Origin: a bacterium
GTDB taxonomy: Bacteria; Armatimonadota; Zipacnadia; Zipacnadales; UBA11051
Length of the DNA stretch: 64,000 nt
NCBI GenBank assembly: GCA_021372615.1
Contig: JAJFUB010000017.1
Location: 117-64,116, forward strand
Reading direction: 5' to 3'
Within the stretch, counting starts at the first letter, position 1. Every line of letters starts with the position of its first letter. Below the pieces are notes generated by a model. It was not told where the DNA came from, did not search any database, and saw only the letters and a program-made list of their open reading frames with translations. Both the position numbers and the translations under genes were made by a program. Positions 1 through 8,880 of the stretch are shown here, piece by piece.

Positions 1-86
1 CCTTCAGGGAGGGGGCAAGGGTTAGGACGCCGTTCGCTGTCGGAGGGCGTGGCGCACGGCGGCCCACCCCCGGCGCTGCGCGCCGA

Positions 87-106
87 CCCCTCCCCGCGGG
101 GAGGGG
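87..106. terminator. Perfect 20-bp self-complementary palindrome cccctccccgcggggagggg, 50 bp downstream of the stop of the minus-strand gene 155..2086. Likely a terminator hairpin or protein-binding site.
   Basis: Read directly: the 20-mer equals its own reverse complement. It lies downstream of the minus-strand CDS stop. No U-tract, which is common in high-GC genomes. Confidence 0.35.
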
Positions 107-154
107 TTGACGGCAACGGCAGCCGGCTGGACGCCGGCGGTCCTACGGCAACGG

Positions 155-2086
155 CTACGGCTGCGGGAGGAACGCCTCGAGGGTCTTGGCCAGGTCCAGG
201 GCCGGCTCCCACTTGAAGAACTCGCTCTCCCACAGGAACTTCGGGTCGAGCGTTACCCCGTCAATCTGCTGCTCCAGGCCCTCGTTGGCCAGCAGGTCCT
301 CCACCAGCTTCAGGCTCCGGCCCTCCAGCGTGTATTCCACCGTCTGCTCGGCCATCACCCGGAAGGCACGGTTGCCCCGGGCGCGCGGCTCGGGGATGAG
401 CACATTGGGGTCGCGCGGCTTCTCCGGCTCGGTGAGGCGCTCCTTGCCGCTCTTGATGACCTGCTTGAGGCGTCCGGCCCCCAGGTGCTTGGTGAAGTCG
501 GCCAGCGTGGGATAGGCCTGGCGACTGACGACCTCGATCACGACCCCGGCGCGCAGGTTGTGCATCGGCTTGGGTAGCACGTACTGCTGGGGGCGGGCGT
601 AGATGGTCAGCAACAGGCTGGCCGACTCCTCCGGGCCGCTCCACTCCATCACGGCCGGCTTGGCGGCGGCGCCCTGGTTGCTGCCCGACGGGCCCGTGCG
701 GGTCAGCGTCAGGCCCACATAGCACTCGGCGGTCTCCACGGCCACGCTCTCCAACTCACCTACGGCGGTGGGCTGCCCGTTCCACGGCACGCCATAGCAG
801 TAGACGCCCTTCACGCCTTCCCGGGCTCCCAGCACGCCTCGCAGCGAGGCCTGTACGCGCTTGGGGATGGCGATGTCGTCGAAGTTGAAGCTGCACACGG
901 CCAGGTTGTCCGCCTGCACCGACTGGATGGTGCAGGGCGCGGGATCGCAGTAGAAGTACATGGTCGGGCGGCTGGAGCGGGCAAAGGTGCAGAAGATGGG
1001 TATGGTGGCCGGGCCGACCTCGCCCGACATCGTGCCGAGGGAGTAGTGCGGGGCGATGTAGGTATCCGTGCCGCGCACCGCGGCGAGGGGCGAGCGCGTG
1101 CGGCGCAGGCCCGTGGTGGCCGTCAGCCCGACAATGCTCTCCGGCGCCCGCCACTGCGGCAGCACTGCCGCCGCCAGGTACGGCTCGATCTGCGCGGGCA
1201 GCGGCAGGCCGAAGTCCGTCGCCAGCACATATGACGGGAAGCCGGCGGCGTTGACATAGTCCGACGCGAAGCCCTGGGTGAGCGCGCCGCCCACGTAGGC
1301 AGCGGCCGGATGCACCCGGCCCGCCAAGTCCACCGCCGCCAGCGTCAGCGCCTGGTCCATCGCCGCCCGGCGCTCCTCGGGCAGGCTCTCGCGGATCCAC
1401 TTGAGCGACACATAGCGCACCGTATCGAACGTGGCGCTGTGGCCGGCGGGCAGGCCCGTGCGGGTGGTCAGGCGCAGCCAGTCGTTCACCTCACCGACAG
1501 CGCCCCCGGCGTCGGCGCCCAGTGCGGCGGCAATCGTCGCCCGGGCGGCCACGCGCAACAGGAAGCGAGCATCGTCCTGGGGCTTGACCGCGACACGGGC
1601 CAGGGCCTTGTCGGCCAGGAGCAGGCTTTGGCGCAAGCGGGCTGTGAGATCAGCGCCCAGGGTGTCGGCGTGGTGGCGCAGTGCGTAGGCCAGCAGCGGC
1701 GCGGCGTAGAGCGTCGCCTCGGGGGTGGGGACGGCTTCCAGGTGCGGCGTGAGCGGCGTCCCGTCGGCGGCGGCAGTCACCATCTGGGCCTGCCACGGGA
1801 AGTGCCCCAGCTCGGCCCCCGACGCGGCCTGCGTGTCCAGGATCTTCCCGAGGATGAGGCGCGCCTGATCGAGGTTCTGCCCGGTGGCCAGACAGGCCGC
1901 CACGGTACCGGCGCTGGCTTCCGGGATGTCCGGGAGGCCGGTGCCGCCCTTGACGAGGCCGGTGGCAGCGTCGAAATGGGCCTGGCCATAGGCCACGATC
2001 GCCTGCAGGGCCGGGGCGTCGGCCTCGCGGGCGGCGACCGCCGGCAGGCAAAGCAGCAGGGGTACAAGCAGACGGAGAACGCGCAT
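155..2086 (-). CDS. Secreted hypothetical protein (643 aa) with a Sec signal peptide MRVLRLLVPLLLCLPAVAA. The N-terminal half is Ala-rich and helical; no domain recognised by eye.
   Basis: Long ORF 155..2149 on the minus strand. I chose the internal ATG at 2084-2086 because it directly precedes a canonical signal peptide. High GC3 codon usage consistent with neighbours. Confidence 0.6.
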   Translation of the reverse strand: MRVLRLLVPLLLCLPAVAAREADAPALQAIVAYGQAHFDAATGLVKGGTGLPDIPEASAGTVAACLATGQNLDQARLILGKILDTQAASGAELGHFPWQAQMVTAAADGTPLTPHLEAVPTPEATLYAAPLLAYALRHHADTLGADLTARLRQSLLLADKALARVAVKPQDDARFLLRVAARATIAAALGADAGGAVGEVNDWLRLTTRTGLPAGHSATFDTVRYVSLKWIRESLPEERRAAMDQALTLAAVDLAGRVHPAAAYVGGALTQGFASDYVNAAGFPSYVLATDFGLPLPAQIEPYLAAAVLPQWRAPESIVGLTATTGLRRTRSPLAAVRGTDTYIAPHYSLGTMSGEVGPATIPIFCTFARSSRPTMYFYCDPAPCTIQSVQADNLAVCSFNFDDIAIPKRVQASLRGVLGAREGVKGVYCYGVPWNGQPTAVGELESVAVETAECYVGLTLTRTGPSGSNQGAAAKPAVMEWSGPEESASLLLTIYARPQQYVLPKPMHNLRAGVVIEVVSRQAYPTLADFTKHLGAGRLKQVIKSGKERLTEPEKPRDPNVLIPEPRARGNRAFRVMAEQTVEYTLEGRSLKLVEDLLANEGLEQQIDGVTLDPKFLWESEFFKWEPALDLAKTLEAFLPQP

Positions 2087-2197
2087 CAGTTCACCTGTGT
2101 GGTGTGGGTAAGGGGCCGTGGCAATAGCTTCGACAAGTGAGTCCGCCAATGGTTCGCCGCTGGAGCGCTCAACACCTGTGTTGAGCCGCCGTGTTCC

Positions 2198-2226
2198 TTG
2201 AAGTCATGGGGTGAATCTGGTATAAT
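2198..2226 (+). promoter_or_regulatory. Sigma70-type promoter TTGAAG-17 nt-TATAAT (perfect -10), driving the + strand toward the STAND gene. A ~365-nt leader lies before the GTG start at 2597.
   Basis: Read directly: ttgaag at 2198-2203, 17-nt spacer, tataat at 2221-2226. Confidence 0.45.
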
Positions 2227-2596
2227 CATGCCAAGACGAGAGTGGCCCTACGTTGCGCGTGACACCCTAAGGTTTCTGGCCAACACCCGCATTAGGGGAT
2301 CCCGGCTTCACCGGCGGCGTGATGGTCTTCTCAGGCCGGCGGGCAGCGCAAGCTGCTCCGACCTGCAGGACGAACATTAACCCGGTGAGAGGGAACCCAC
2401 CTTGATGATGGGTCCGAAACCGTTAAGGTGCACGGCTCCTGTGGGGCCCTCGTCGCTTCCAGGCCTACTCATCCCCACCGTCGCCATCTCCGCGCAACGC
2501 GGAAGGCCCGGTGGGGGCCGGACCCCATTGGCGTCAAGCCGCTTCCTCCATCGCTGAGCAGCAACCATACCAGTCCCTCGTGACGGGTGTTGCCGC

Positions 2597-5374
2597 GTGC
2601 CTACTGCCTTCATCAGTTCGGCCAGTCGAGACCTGGGCGCCGATCGCCGGGCGGCCGCCGCGGCTGCCCGGGCGGCGGGCCTGGAGCCGTTCCTGTATGA
2701 GGACGAGATGGGTGGCCGCACCGCGAGCCCCGAGGTGGCCTGTCTGGACGAAGTGCGCAAGACCGACCTGGTTATCCTCCTGCTGGGGCAATGGTACGGC
2801 TCACGGACGGCGGACGGCAAGTCACCCACCCACCTGGAGTATGAGACGGCCCTGGATGAGGGCAAGCCGGTGTTGGTCTACATCAGGCGCGTCGAGCGCG
2901 AGGCCGACCAGCAGACCTTCGTGGCTGAGGTGCAGGACTGGGCCGCGGGCGAGTGCTGCCAGGAGTACGACACCCCCGACGACCTCGGGCCGCTGGTGCA
3001 GGCTGACGTCCGCCGCTTCCTTGACGAGGCCGTGGACGACCGCGCCTTCGAACGGGTCTTCCCCCGCTACATCCCCCGCTATCTGGGCAGCACCGTCAAG
3101 CAGCATGAGACCGCCCAGGAGGAGAACATCCCCTATCTGCCGCTGAGCGCCTCGGTGGCGCCGCTAGCGGCCGGGAGGGGTGTCCCCGAGACGGCAGCCT
3201 CAGTGGACGTGCAGGAGTTGATCGGCCAGACCCGTGCCTCCGGCGGGGTACTGCTGTTGCGGGGTGACGCCGGCAGCGGCAAGACCTACTCGCTGCGCAT
3301 GGCTGTCTACGAGGCCGCGCGCGAGGCGCTGGCCCTGCCCCCCGAGCGCCGGCGCAACCCCATGCTCCCGGTGCCGGTGCTGGTGAGCCTGGCCAACTAC
3401 CAGCGGGTGCCGGACGTGCAGCCGCATGAGGAGATCCTGTCGCTGGTGGCGCGAGCCCTGCGCCAGCACGGCTTCCCGCCGGTGCTCACGCTGGACCACG
3501 CCCGGCGCTTCCTGGCCACCCAGCGCTTCTGCTTCTGCTTCGATGGCCTGAACGAGATCGCGGAGGGCGACCTGCGCTCCGCCGTCACTGCCCTGCGGGA
3601 CTTCGTGGCACGTCACCCGAACGAAGGCATGGTGTTCACCGCCCGGTCACACTTCGTGGAGCGGCGCCGCGACCTGTGGGAGCGGACTCTCGGCGCGCAG
3701 TGCGCGACGCTGGACGACCTGGCTCTGCACCAGTTGCGGGACTACCTGGCTTCCGGCTTCCTGGACGAGGAGGCCGTCCAGCAAATCGGTGACAAGCTCA
3801 GCGACCCCGACACCTTCACCCTGGCGCAGAAGCCACTGTTCCTGTTCGTCCTCATCAAGACCATCACGCGCCTGGGCGAGGCCCGCGTCACCAAGGGGAG
3901 CCTGCTCGGGCAGTTCGTGGACATGGCCCTAGCGATGGACCTGCGGGAGAAGGCCTCCTACGTCAACCAGTTGTCCACCGATCTGAAACTGCAGGTGATC
4001 TCAACGCTGGGCTATCAGGCGCACGAGGCCGGCACGCACACTTTCGGCCTGCCGGTGCTGCGGTCCATTCTGCAGGTGGCCGTGCCGACGACCGACCCGG
4101 ACAGCGACGCCCGGGTCATGGCCGAGGAGTTGGTGGAGAACGGTATCCTGGCCCAGGTCGGGGGCTCCCTGCGGTTCTGGCACCCGGCGCTGCAGGAGTA
4201 CTGCGCGGCCCTGGAGATCCGCCGGCTGGCCATCGAGCCCTTGCTGGCGGCCGGGCCCCGGGGCCCCCACGGCCTCCGCCACCGCCTGACCCAGCAGATC
4301 ATGCACTGGTGCCAGGGGCGGGGCTGGGAGGAGCCGATGTCCCTCGCCTTCGGCTTCATCGCGGACGAGGCCCTGGCCAACGACCTGCTGGAGCGCATCC
4401 GGGAGACGAACACGGTGCTGGCAGGCAAGTGCATCGGCAACAGCAGCGTCGTCCGCGAGCAGGTGGTCCAGAACTTCACGGAGGAGTTGCAGCGGGAGTT
4501 CGCCCTGGCGCGGATTGACTGGATCCTGCTGGCGTACTATTGCCTGGCCGTCGGTGGCGGGGTGGTGCTGGCGGTGTTCCCGTCGAAGCAGACAGAGGTG
4601 GTTAGCGCCGTCCTGGGCTGGCTCGTGACGCATGTCGGCTCGCTGGCCTTCATCCCGAGCCGGCTGCAGTTCGTGAGTGTCTTCGTGATGGCGGCCGTCT
4701 GCACCGAGGTGCTGCGCCTGGCGGTCAACCGGCACATGCTCTCGGCGGTGGTCCTGCCGTCCCTGGTGGCGCTGGTCGAGGCTCGGCAGCCTTTGGCCAA
4801 CGGGGCCCTGCGGCGGATGCGGCAGTTGGCCGCCACGAGCCCGTGGCCCGCCAACGAGCGGGCCACCGCCGCGCTGAACCTGTTCTGCTACCGGTCGCAC
4901 CAGGGCGAGGCGGAGACGCTGGCGGCGCTGGACCGCGACGCTGAGCGCATCCTGGTGCTCGCCGCCCTGAAGGACACGCCCTACCTGTCGGTCATCAGCG
5001 CCGTCTGCAGTCGGCTGGCCGACCTGACGGACAGGGAGTGCCGCGTAGCCGTGGGCAGCCTGCTGGGGCTCAAGCCCCTGCCCTCGGCGGAGTTCCTCCG
5101 GGAGTCCCTGCCGTCGGTCATGGAGCAGACGGCCCGGTTCGGCTATGCCACGCGCAAGCGCGCCGCGGCGCTGGCGGCGGCGGTCGGCCTGCCCTACGAG
5201 CCGCCCCGGCGCTCCGTGCATGACCTCGGGATGGCTCTGCACAATACGCCCCCGATCATGACGCTCGCCCTATTCGTCGTGGCGCTGTGGTTGGTCGGGG
5301 CAGGTCTGGCTGCCCTGCGAGAGGCACTTGACGGTGTGCTCGTACCCTTCTTGCACCACGTGCTTCGAGGCTGA
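2597..5374 (+). CDS. STAND NTPase (925 aa). N-terminal DUF4062-type (TIR/flavodoxin-like) module beginning FISSASRDL. NACHT-type P-loop core with Walker A GDAGSGKT, Walker B FCFCFDGLNE, sensor FTARS, and winged-helix FWHPALQEYCAAL. C-terminal HEAT-like region with 3-4 predicted TM helices.
   Basis: Motifs read in the translation. GTG start at 2597. Hydrophobic stretches ILLAYYCLAVGGGVVLAVF, LAFIPSRLQFVSVFVMAAV, IMTLALFVVALWLVGAGLAAL. Confidence 0.75.
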   Translation: MPTAFISSASRDLGADRRAAAAAARAAGLEPFLYEDEMGGRTASPEVACLDEVRKTDLVILLLGQWYGSRTADGKSPTHLEYETALDEGKPVLVYIRRVEREADQQTFVAEVQDWAAGECCQEYDTPDDLGPLVQADVRRFLDEAVDDRAFERVFPRYIPRYLGSTVKQHETAQEENIPYLPLSASVAPLAAGRGVPETAASVDVQELIGQTRASGGVLLLRGDAGSGKTYSLRMAVYEAAREALALPPERRRNPMLPVPVLVSLANYQRVPDVQPHEEILSLVARALRQHGFPPVLTLDHARRFLATQRFCFCFDGLNEIAEGDLRSAVTALRDFVARHPNEGMVFTARSHFVERRRDLWERTLGAQCATLDDLALHQLRDYLASGFLDEEAVQQIGDKLSDPDTFTLAQKPLFLFVLIKTITRLGEARVTKGSLLGQFVDMALAMDLREKASYVNQLSTDLKLQVISTLGYQAHEAGTHTFGLPVLRSILQVAVPTTDPDSDARVMAEELVENGILAQVGGSLRFWHPALQEYCAALEIRRLAIEPLLAAGPRGPHGLRHRLTQQIMHWCQGRGWEEPMSLAFGFIADEALANDLLERIRETNTVLAGKCIGNSSVVREQVVQNFTEELQREFALARIDWILLAYYCLAVGGGVVLAVFPSKQTEVVSAVLGWLVTHVGSLAFIPSRLQFVSVFVMAAVCTEVLRLAVNRHMLSAVVLPSLVALVEARQPLANGALRRMRQLAATSPWPANERATAALNLFCYRSHQGEAETLAALDRDAERILVLAALKDTPYLSVISAVCSRLADLTDRECRVAVGSLLGLKPLPSAEFLRESLPSVMEQTARFGYATRKRAAALAAAVGLPYEPPRRSVHDLGMALHNTPPIMTLALFVVALWLVGAGLAALREALDGVLVPFLHHVLRG

Positions 5375-5412
5375 GCGCGGCGCCGCCGCGCCGGTCGCTG
5401 GAGGTACTGCCC

Positions 5413-6477
5413 ATGCAAGCCAGGAGAGTGTCGGCGCGGGGTTTCATCATCCGGGCCCTGGTTGCCATCGCTGTCGTCGTGCTGGTGGTCAAGTACGTCA
5501 CTTTCTACCAGGCGGAGATGGCGTCGCAGCCCCACATCATCAACTCGCTGATCGCCGATCTGCGGGACCCGGACGTCCACGTGCGCGCCGCCGCCGCCCA
5601 GGCACTGGGCAAGACGGGCAACAAGCAGGTCGCCAACGCACTCCTGGAGGCTCTCCAGAACGACCGGGAGCTGCTGGACGTGGTCATGGAGGCCCTGCAG
5701 AACCTGGAGATCAGCTTCGACTTCCGGACGGCAACGGCGCAGGCCCCGCGTCCGGGGTGGGTCGAGGCCGCGCGGCGCGCCCTGCGGCAGTACGCCGGGA
5801 TGTGGAACCAGCGCCTGACGGCCCTCGCTCGTGCCATATCGTTCGTGATCGTCTACCTGCCTCCGCTGCTGTTGTTCAACTACGTGGACCGGCGGTGGGG
5901 CCTGATGGAGTGGGTATTGCGGTGGTTGAACCAGGAGCGGTACCGGCAGATCATCAGGCATGTTGTCCATGGGGGCCTCTTCGTGGGCTGTTTCCTCGTC
6001 AGCCAGGTCTTCTACGCGCGCTTGATGGTTGAGCCGGTGGAGATGCCGCAACCCACGGACGTGACGATGCAGTTGGTCAAGATCGAGATGGCCGGGCAGA
6101 AGCGGGCTGTGGAAGCGGTGCCGATGCTTGTGGGCGTGCTCGAGAACCTCGACGCCGTGCCCGAGTTGCGCTGGCGGGCGGCCTACTCGCTCGGCCGGAT
6201 CGCCAACCGGCAGGGCCTCCCGGCCCTGCTGCGGGCCTTGCGTGACGGCGACCCCAAGGTGCGGCAGTATGCGGCCTGGGCGGTGGGCAACACCTGCGCC
6301 GTCGAGGCCCTGCGCCAGTCCGAGGCCGAGCCCCTGCTGCTGCGCTTCTGTACCTACTGCGGCGCGAAGGTCAGGCCGGACGACCAGCGCTGCGGCGAGT
6401 GCGGGCAGAAGATCAGACGCACCTTCGGCCTTGAGGAACGCAAAGACGAGAAGGGGCAGAAGGGCGTCGGCCAGTAG
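5413..6477 (+). CDS. HEAT-repeat (PBS-lyase type) membrane protein with a C-terminal Cys4 zinc ribbon (CTYCGAKVRPDDQRCGECGQ), 354 aa. Likely partner of the upstream STAND NTPase.
   Basis: GGAGG RBS at 5398-5402 and ATG at 5413. HEAT signatures DPDVHVRAAAAQALGKTG and DGDPKVRQYAAWAVGNT. Three hydrophobic helices. 38-bp gap from the upstream gene. Confidence 0.7.
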   Translation: MQARRVSARGFIIRALVAIAVVVLVVKYVTFYQAEMASQPHIINSLIADLRDPDVHVRAAAAQALGKTGNKQVANALLEALQNDRELLDVVMEALQNLEISFDFRTATAQAPRPGWVEAARRALRQYAGMWNQRLTALARAISFVIVYLPPLLLFNYVDRRWGLMEWVLRWLNQERYRQIIRHVVHGGLFVGCFLVSQVFYARLMVEPVEMPQPTDVTMQLVKIEMAGQKRAVEAVPMLVGVLENLDAVPELRWRAAYSLGRIANRQGLPALLRALRDGDPKVRQYAAWAVGNTCAVEALRQSEAEPLLLRFCTYCGAKVRPDDQRCGECGQKIRRTFGLEERKDEKGQKGVGQ

Positions 6478-6614
6478 TGTGCTGTCCCGGTGATGGCTAG
6501 AGGCTGTCCAGTAGGGCAGGCGGCTCGCCTGCCCGCGCGGGCGGGCCGCCCGCGCTACTGGGACCACATAGCCAATCGCGGGACACAACACTAGCGCGGC
6601 GCCGCAGTGAGACG

Positions 6615-8057
6615 ATGGACACCCTACCGCCCGACAACCTGTTTGCCGCTGACGACCTGCAGCACATGCCCCTGGCGGCGCGCATGCGCCCCCGCACGCT
6701 CGAGGAGTTTGTGGGCCAGGAGCACCTGGTCGGCCCCCGGGCGCTGCTGCGCCGGGCCCTCGACAGCGATGCCCCGCCCTCGATGATCTTCGTCGGGCCG
6801 GCCGGATCGGGCAAGAGCACCCTGGCCACGATCATCGCCGGCATGACCCGCCACCACTTCGAGCCGCTGTCGGCCGTGACTTCGGGCGTGAGCGACATCC
6901 GCAAGGCAGCCGCGGCCGCCGAGGAGCGTCGCCGCCTGCACAGCCGCCGCACGCTGGTCTTCCTGGACGAGATCCACCGCCTCAACAAGGCTCAGCAGGA
7001 CTCGCTGCTGCCCTTCGTGGAGCGGGGGACTTTCACGCTGATCGGCGCCACCACCGAGAACCCCTTCTTCAGCCTGACAATGCCGCTACGGTCGCGCTGC
7101 CGGCTCTACCAACTCAAGCCGCTGAGTGCCGAGCAGGTGCTGGGGCTGCTGCAGCGGGCCCTGGCCGATGGGGAGCGGGGCCTGGGCACGGTGGCCGTTG
7201 AGGTGGCTCCGGAGGCGCTCGCGCACCTGTCCGAGGGCTGCAACGGCGACGCCCGGACGGCCCTGAGCGCGCTGGAGATGGCCGTGCTCACCGCCCAGCC
7301 CGGTGAGCAGGGCGTACGGCATGTGTCCCTGTCGGCCGCCGAGGAAGCCCTGCAGCAGCCGGTGCTCAAGTACGACCGCGCCGGCGACGAGCACTATGAC
7401 ACCATCTCGGCGGTCATCAAGGCCATGCGCGGCTCCGACCCGGACGCGGCGATCTATTGGCTGGCCAAGATGCTGGAGGCGGGGGAGGACCCGCGGTTCA
7501 TCGCGCGGCGGATCGTGATCCAGGCCGCCGAGGACGTGGGGCTGGCCGACCCGACGGCGCTGCGTGTTGCTATCGCCGCCGCCGATGCTGTAGAATACGT
7601 CGGCCTGCCCGAGGCGCAGATTCCGCTGGCCATGGCGACGATCCACCTGGCCACGGCGCCCAAGAGCAACTCGGCGTACCTGGCGATCGCCCAGGCTCGC
7701 GAGGACGTGGCCAAGGAGGGCGCAGCGCGCGTGCCGGACCATCTGGCGGGCTCCGCGCGTCTGGACAAGAGCAGTCAGCCGTATCTATACCCCCATGACT
7801 ACCCGGGCGGCTGGGTCGCCCAGGATTACCTGCCGCCGGGCCTGTCCGGGCGGCGTTACTACAACCCGAAGGACAACCGCCGCGAGCAGCTCATCGCCGA
7901 GCACCTGGAGGCGCTGCGGGCGCAGCGAGAGGGCCGGTCGGTCGAGGCAAGGCCCCCCGTACAGGCCTCGCCCGCAGCGGCCCCGGAGACGCCGCCAACG
8001 ACCACAGCCGGCACGAGGGATGAACAGGGTGAACATACAGAAGACAGCTCTGAGTGA
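6615..8057 (+). CDS. rarA: Replication-associated recombination protein A (AAA+ ATPase, MgsA/WRNIP family) with a P/A/T-rich C-terminal tail.
   Basis: Walker A GPAGSGKST, Walker B LVFLDEIHRLNK, and the conserved FTLIGATTENPFF and helical lid region. Confidence 0.9.
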   Translation: MDTLPPDNLFAADDLQHMPLAARMRPRTLEEFVGQEHLVGPRALLRRALDSDAPPSMIFVGPAGSGKSTLATIIAGMTRHHFEPLSAVTSGVSDIRKAAAAAEERRRLHSRRTLVFLDEIHRLNKAQQDSLLPFVERGTFTLIGATTENPFFSLTMPLRSRCRLYQLKPLSAEQVLGLLQRALADGERGLGTVAVEVAPEALAHLSEGCNGDARTALSALEMAVLTAQPGEQGVRHVSLSAAEEALQQPVLKYDRAGDEHYDTISAVIKAMRGSDPDAAIYWLAKMLEAGEDPRFIARRIVIQAAEDVGLADPTALRVAIAAADAVEYVGLPEAQIPLAMATIHLATAPKSNSAYLAIAQAREDVAKEGAARVPDHLAGSARLDKSSQPYLYPHDYPGGWVAQDYLPPGLSGRRYYNPKDNRREQLIAEHLEALRAQREGRSVEARPPVQASPAAAPETPPTTTAGTRDEQGEHTEDSSE

Positions 8058-8439
8058 CGAGGCAACGCTGTTTGCGCCCGCGGGCGAGCTGGATGCCTAC
8101 ACCGGGCCGCAACTGCGGGAGGAGCTGGCGGAGGCGGTGGCGGACGGGGCGCGCTGGCTGGTGCTCGACATGAGCCGGGTCGAGTACATTGACAGCGTCG
8201 GACTCGGGATCATCGTGGGCGCCGCCAAGCGGACCGTGGAGCAGGGGGGCAATCTGGCCGTCGTGGCGGCCCGGCCCAATGTACTGCGCGTCTTCGAGAT
8301 CTCCGGCACGCGTGAGTTGCTCAATGTCGTGGAGACGCTCGACGAGGCCCGGGAGCGACTGTCCTGGCCGGTAGGGGGGTGCGGGTGTGACGACGCGCCC
8401 GCCCCGGCCGATCACGGTGTGAAGGGGGGAGAGCAATGA
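8020..8439 (+). CDS. Anti-sigma factor antagonist (STAS domain, RsbV/SpoIIAA-like).
   Basis: ATG at 8020, overlapping the rarA 3' end. Sequence DAYTGPQLREEL...LVLDMSRVEYIDSVGLGIIVGA is typical of STAS. Stop overlaps the next start (ATGA). Confidence 0.8.
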   Translation: MNRVNIQKTALSDEATLFAPAGELDAYTGPQLREELAEAVADGARWLVLDMSRVEYIDSVGLGIIVGAAKRTVEQGGNLAVVAARPNVLRVFEISGTRELLNVVETLDEARERLSWPVGGCGCDDAPAPADHGVKGGEQ

Positions 8440-8876
8440 GCAGTCCCCTGGACCGTGACAGCCTGGAGGTGACGATCCCCTGCGAGCCGCGGTTCCTGTC
8501 AGTGGTGCGGCTGACGGTAGCCGGAGCCGCCGCGCGCGCCGGGCTGGGCGTCGCCGAGATTGATGATGTGAAGGTGGCCGTCTCCGAGGCCTGCACCAAT
8601 GCCATCGAGCATGCCTTCCCCCCGGCCGAGGGCAAGGCGTGCCCCGCCATCCGTATCCGCATGACCGCTCGGGACGGCGAGCTGCGGCTCGAAGTGGAAG
8701 ACGAGGGCAGCGGCTTCGACCCCAAGCATCTGCCGCGGGTGGACCTGGAGCAGCGGGTGTCCGAGGAGGGCGGGCTGGGCGTCTACCTGATGCGGCAGCT
8801 CATGGATGAGGTGAAGATCGAGAGCGCTCCCGGCAGCGGTACGAAGATCACGATGGTCAAGCGCTCGGCGAGGTGA
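8436..8876 (+). CDS. Anti-sigma factor serine kinase (HATPase_c, RsbW/SpoIIAB-like).
   Basis: N-box EACTNAIEHAF and G-boxes DEGSGFD and GGLGVYLMRQLMDEV. Translationally coupled to the STAS gene. Confidence 0.85.
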   Translation: MSSPLDRDSLEVTIPCEPRFLSVVRLTVAGAAARAGLGVAEIDDVKVAVSEACTNAIEHAFPPAEGKACPAIRIRMTARDGELRLEVEDEGSGFDPKHLPRVDLEQRVSEEGGLGVYLMRQLMDEVKIESAPGSGTKITMVKRSAR

Positions 8877-8880
8877 CGGT

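Noticed and set aside
107-577. + strand 156-aa ORF at the window start
   Set aside because: Overlaps the 3' end of the minus-strand secreted-protein gene. No RBS or motif support.
2198-2380. 60-aa ORF overlapping the promoter upstream of the STAND gene
   Set aside because: Begins inside the -35/-10 elements. No RBS; likely non-coding leader.
2233-2596. Possibility that the long leader is RNase P RNA, SRP RNA, tmRNA or 6S RNA
   Set aside because: Scanned by eye for the conserved motifs (GGAAAGUCCGGGCUCC / ACAGAACCCGGCUUA for RNase P, the SRP domain IV GGAAGGAAGCAGC-type motif, the tmRNA T-arm). Only weak partial resemblances, so not called. An Infernal scan would settle it.
4001-6591. Minus-strand ORFs 4001..5242 and 5194..6591, opposite the STAND and HEAT genes
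   Set aside because: Antisense to ORFs with clear Walker and HEAT motifs; no features of their own.
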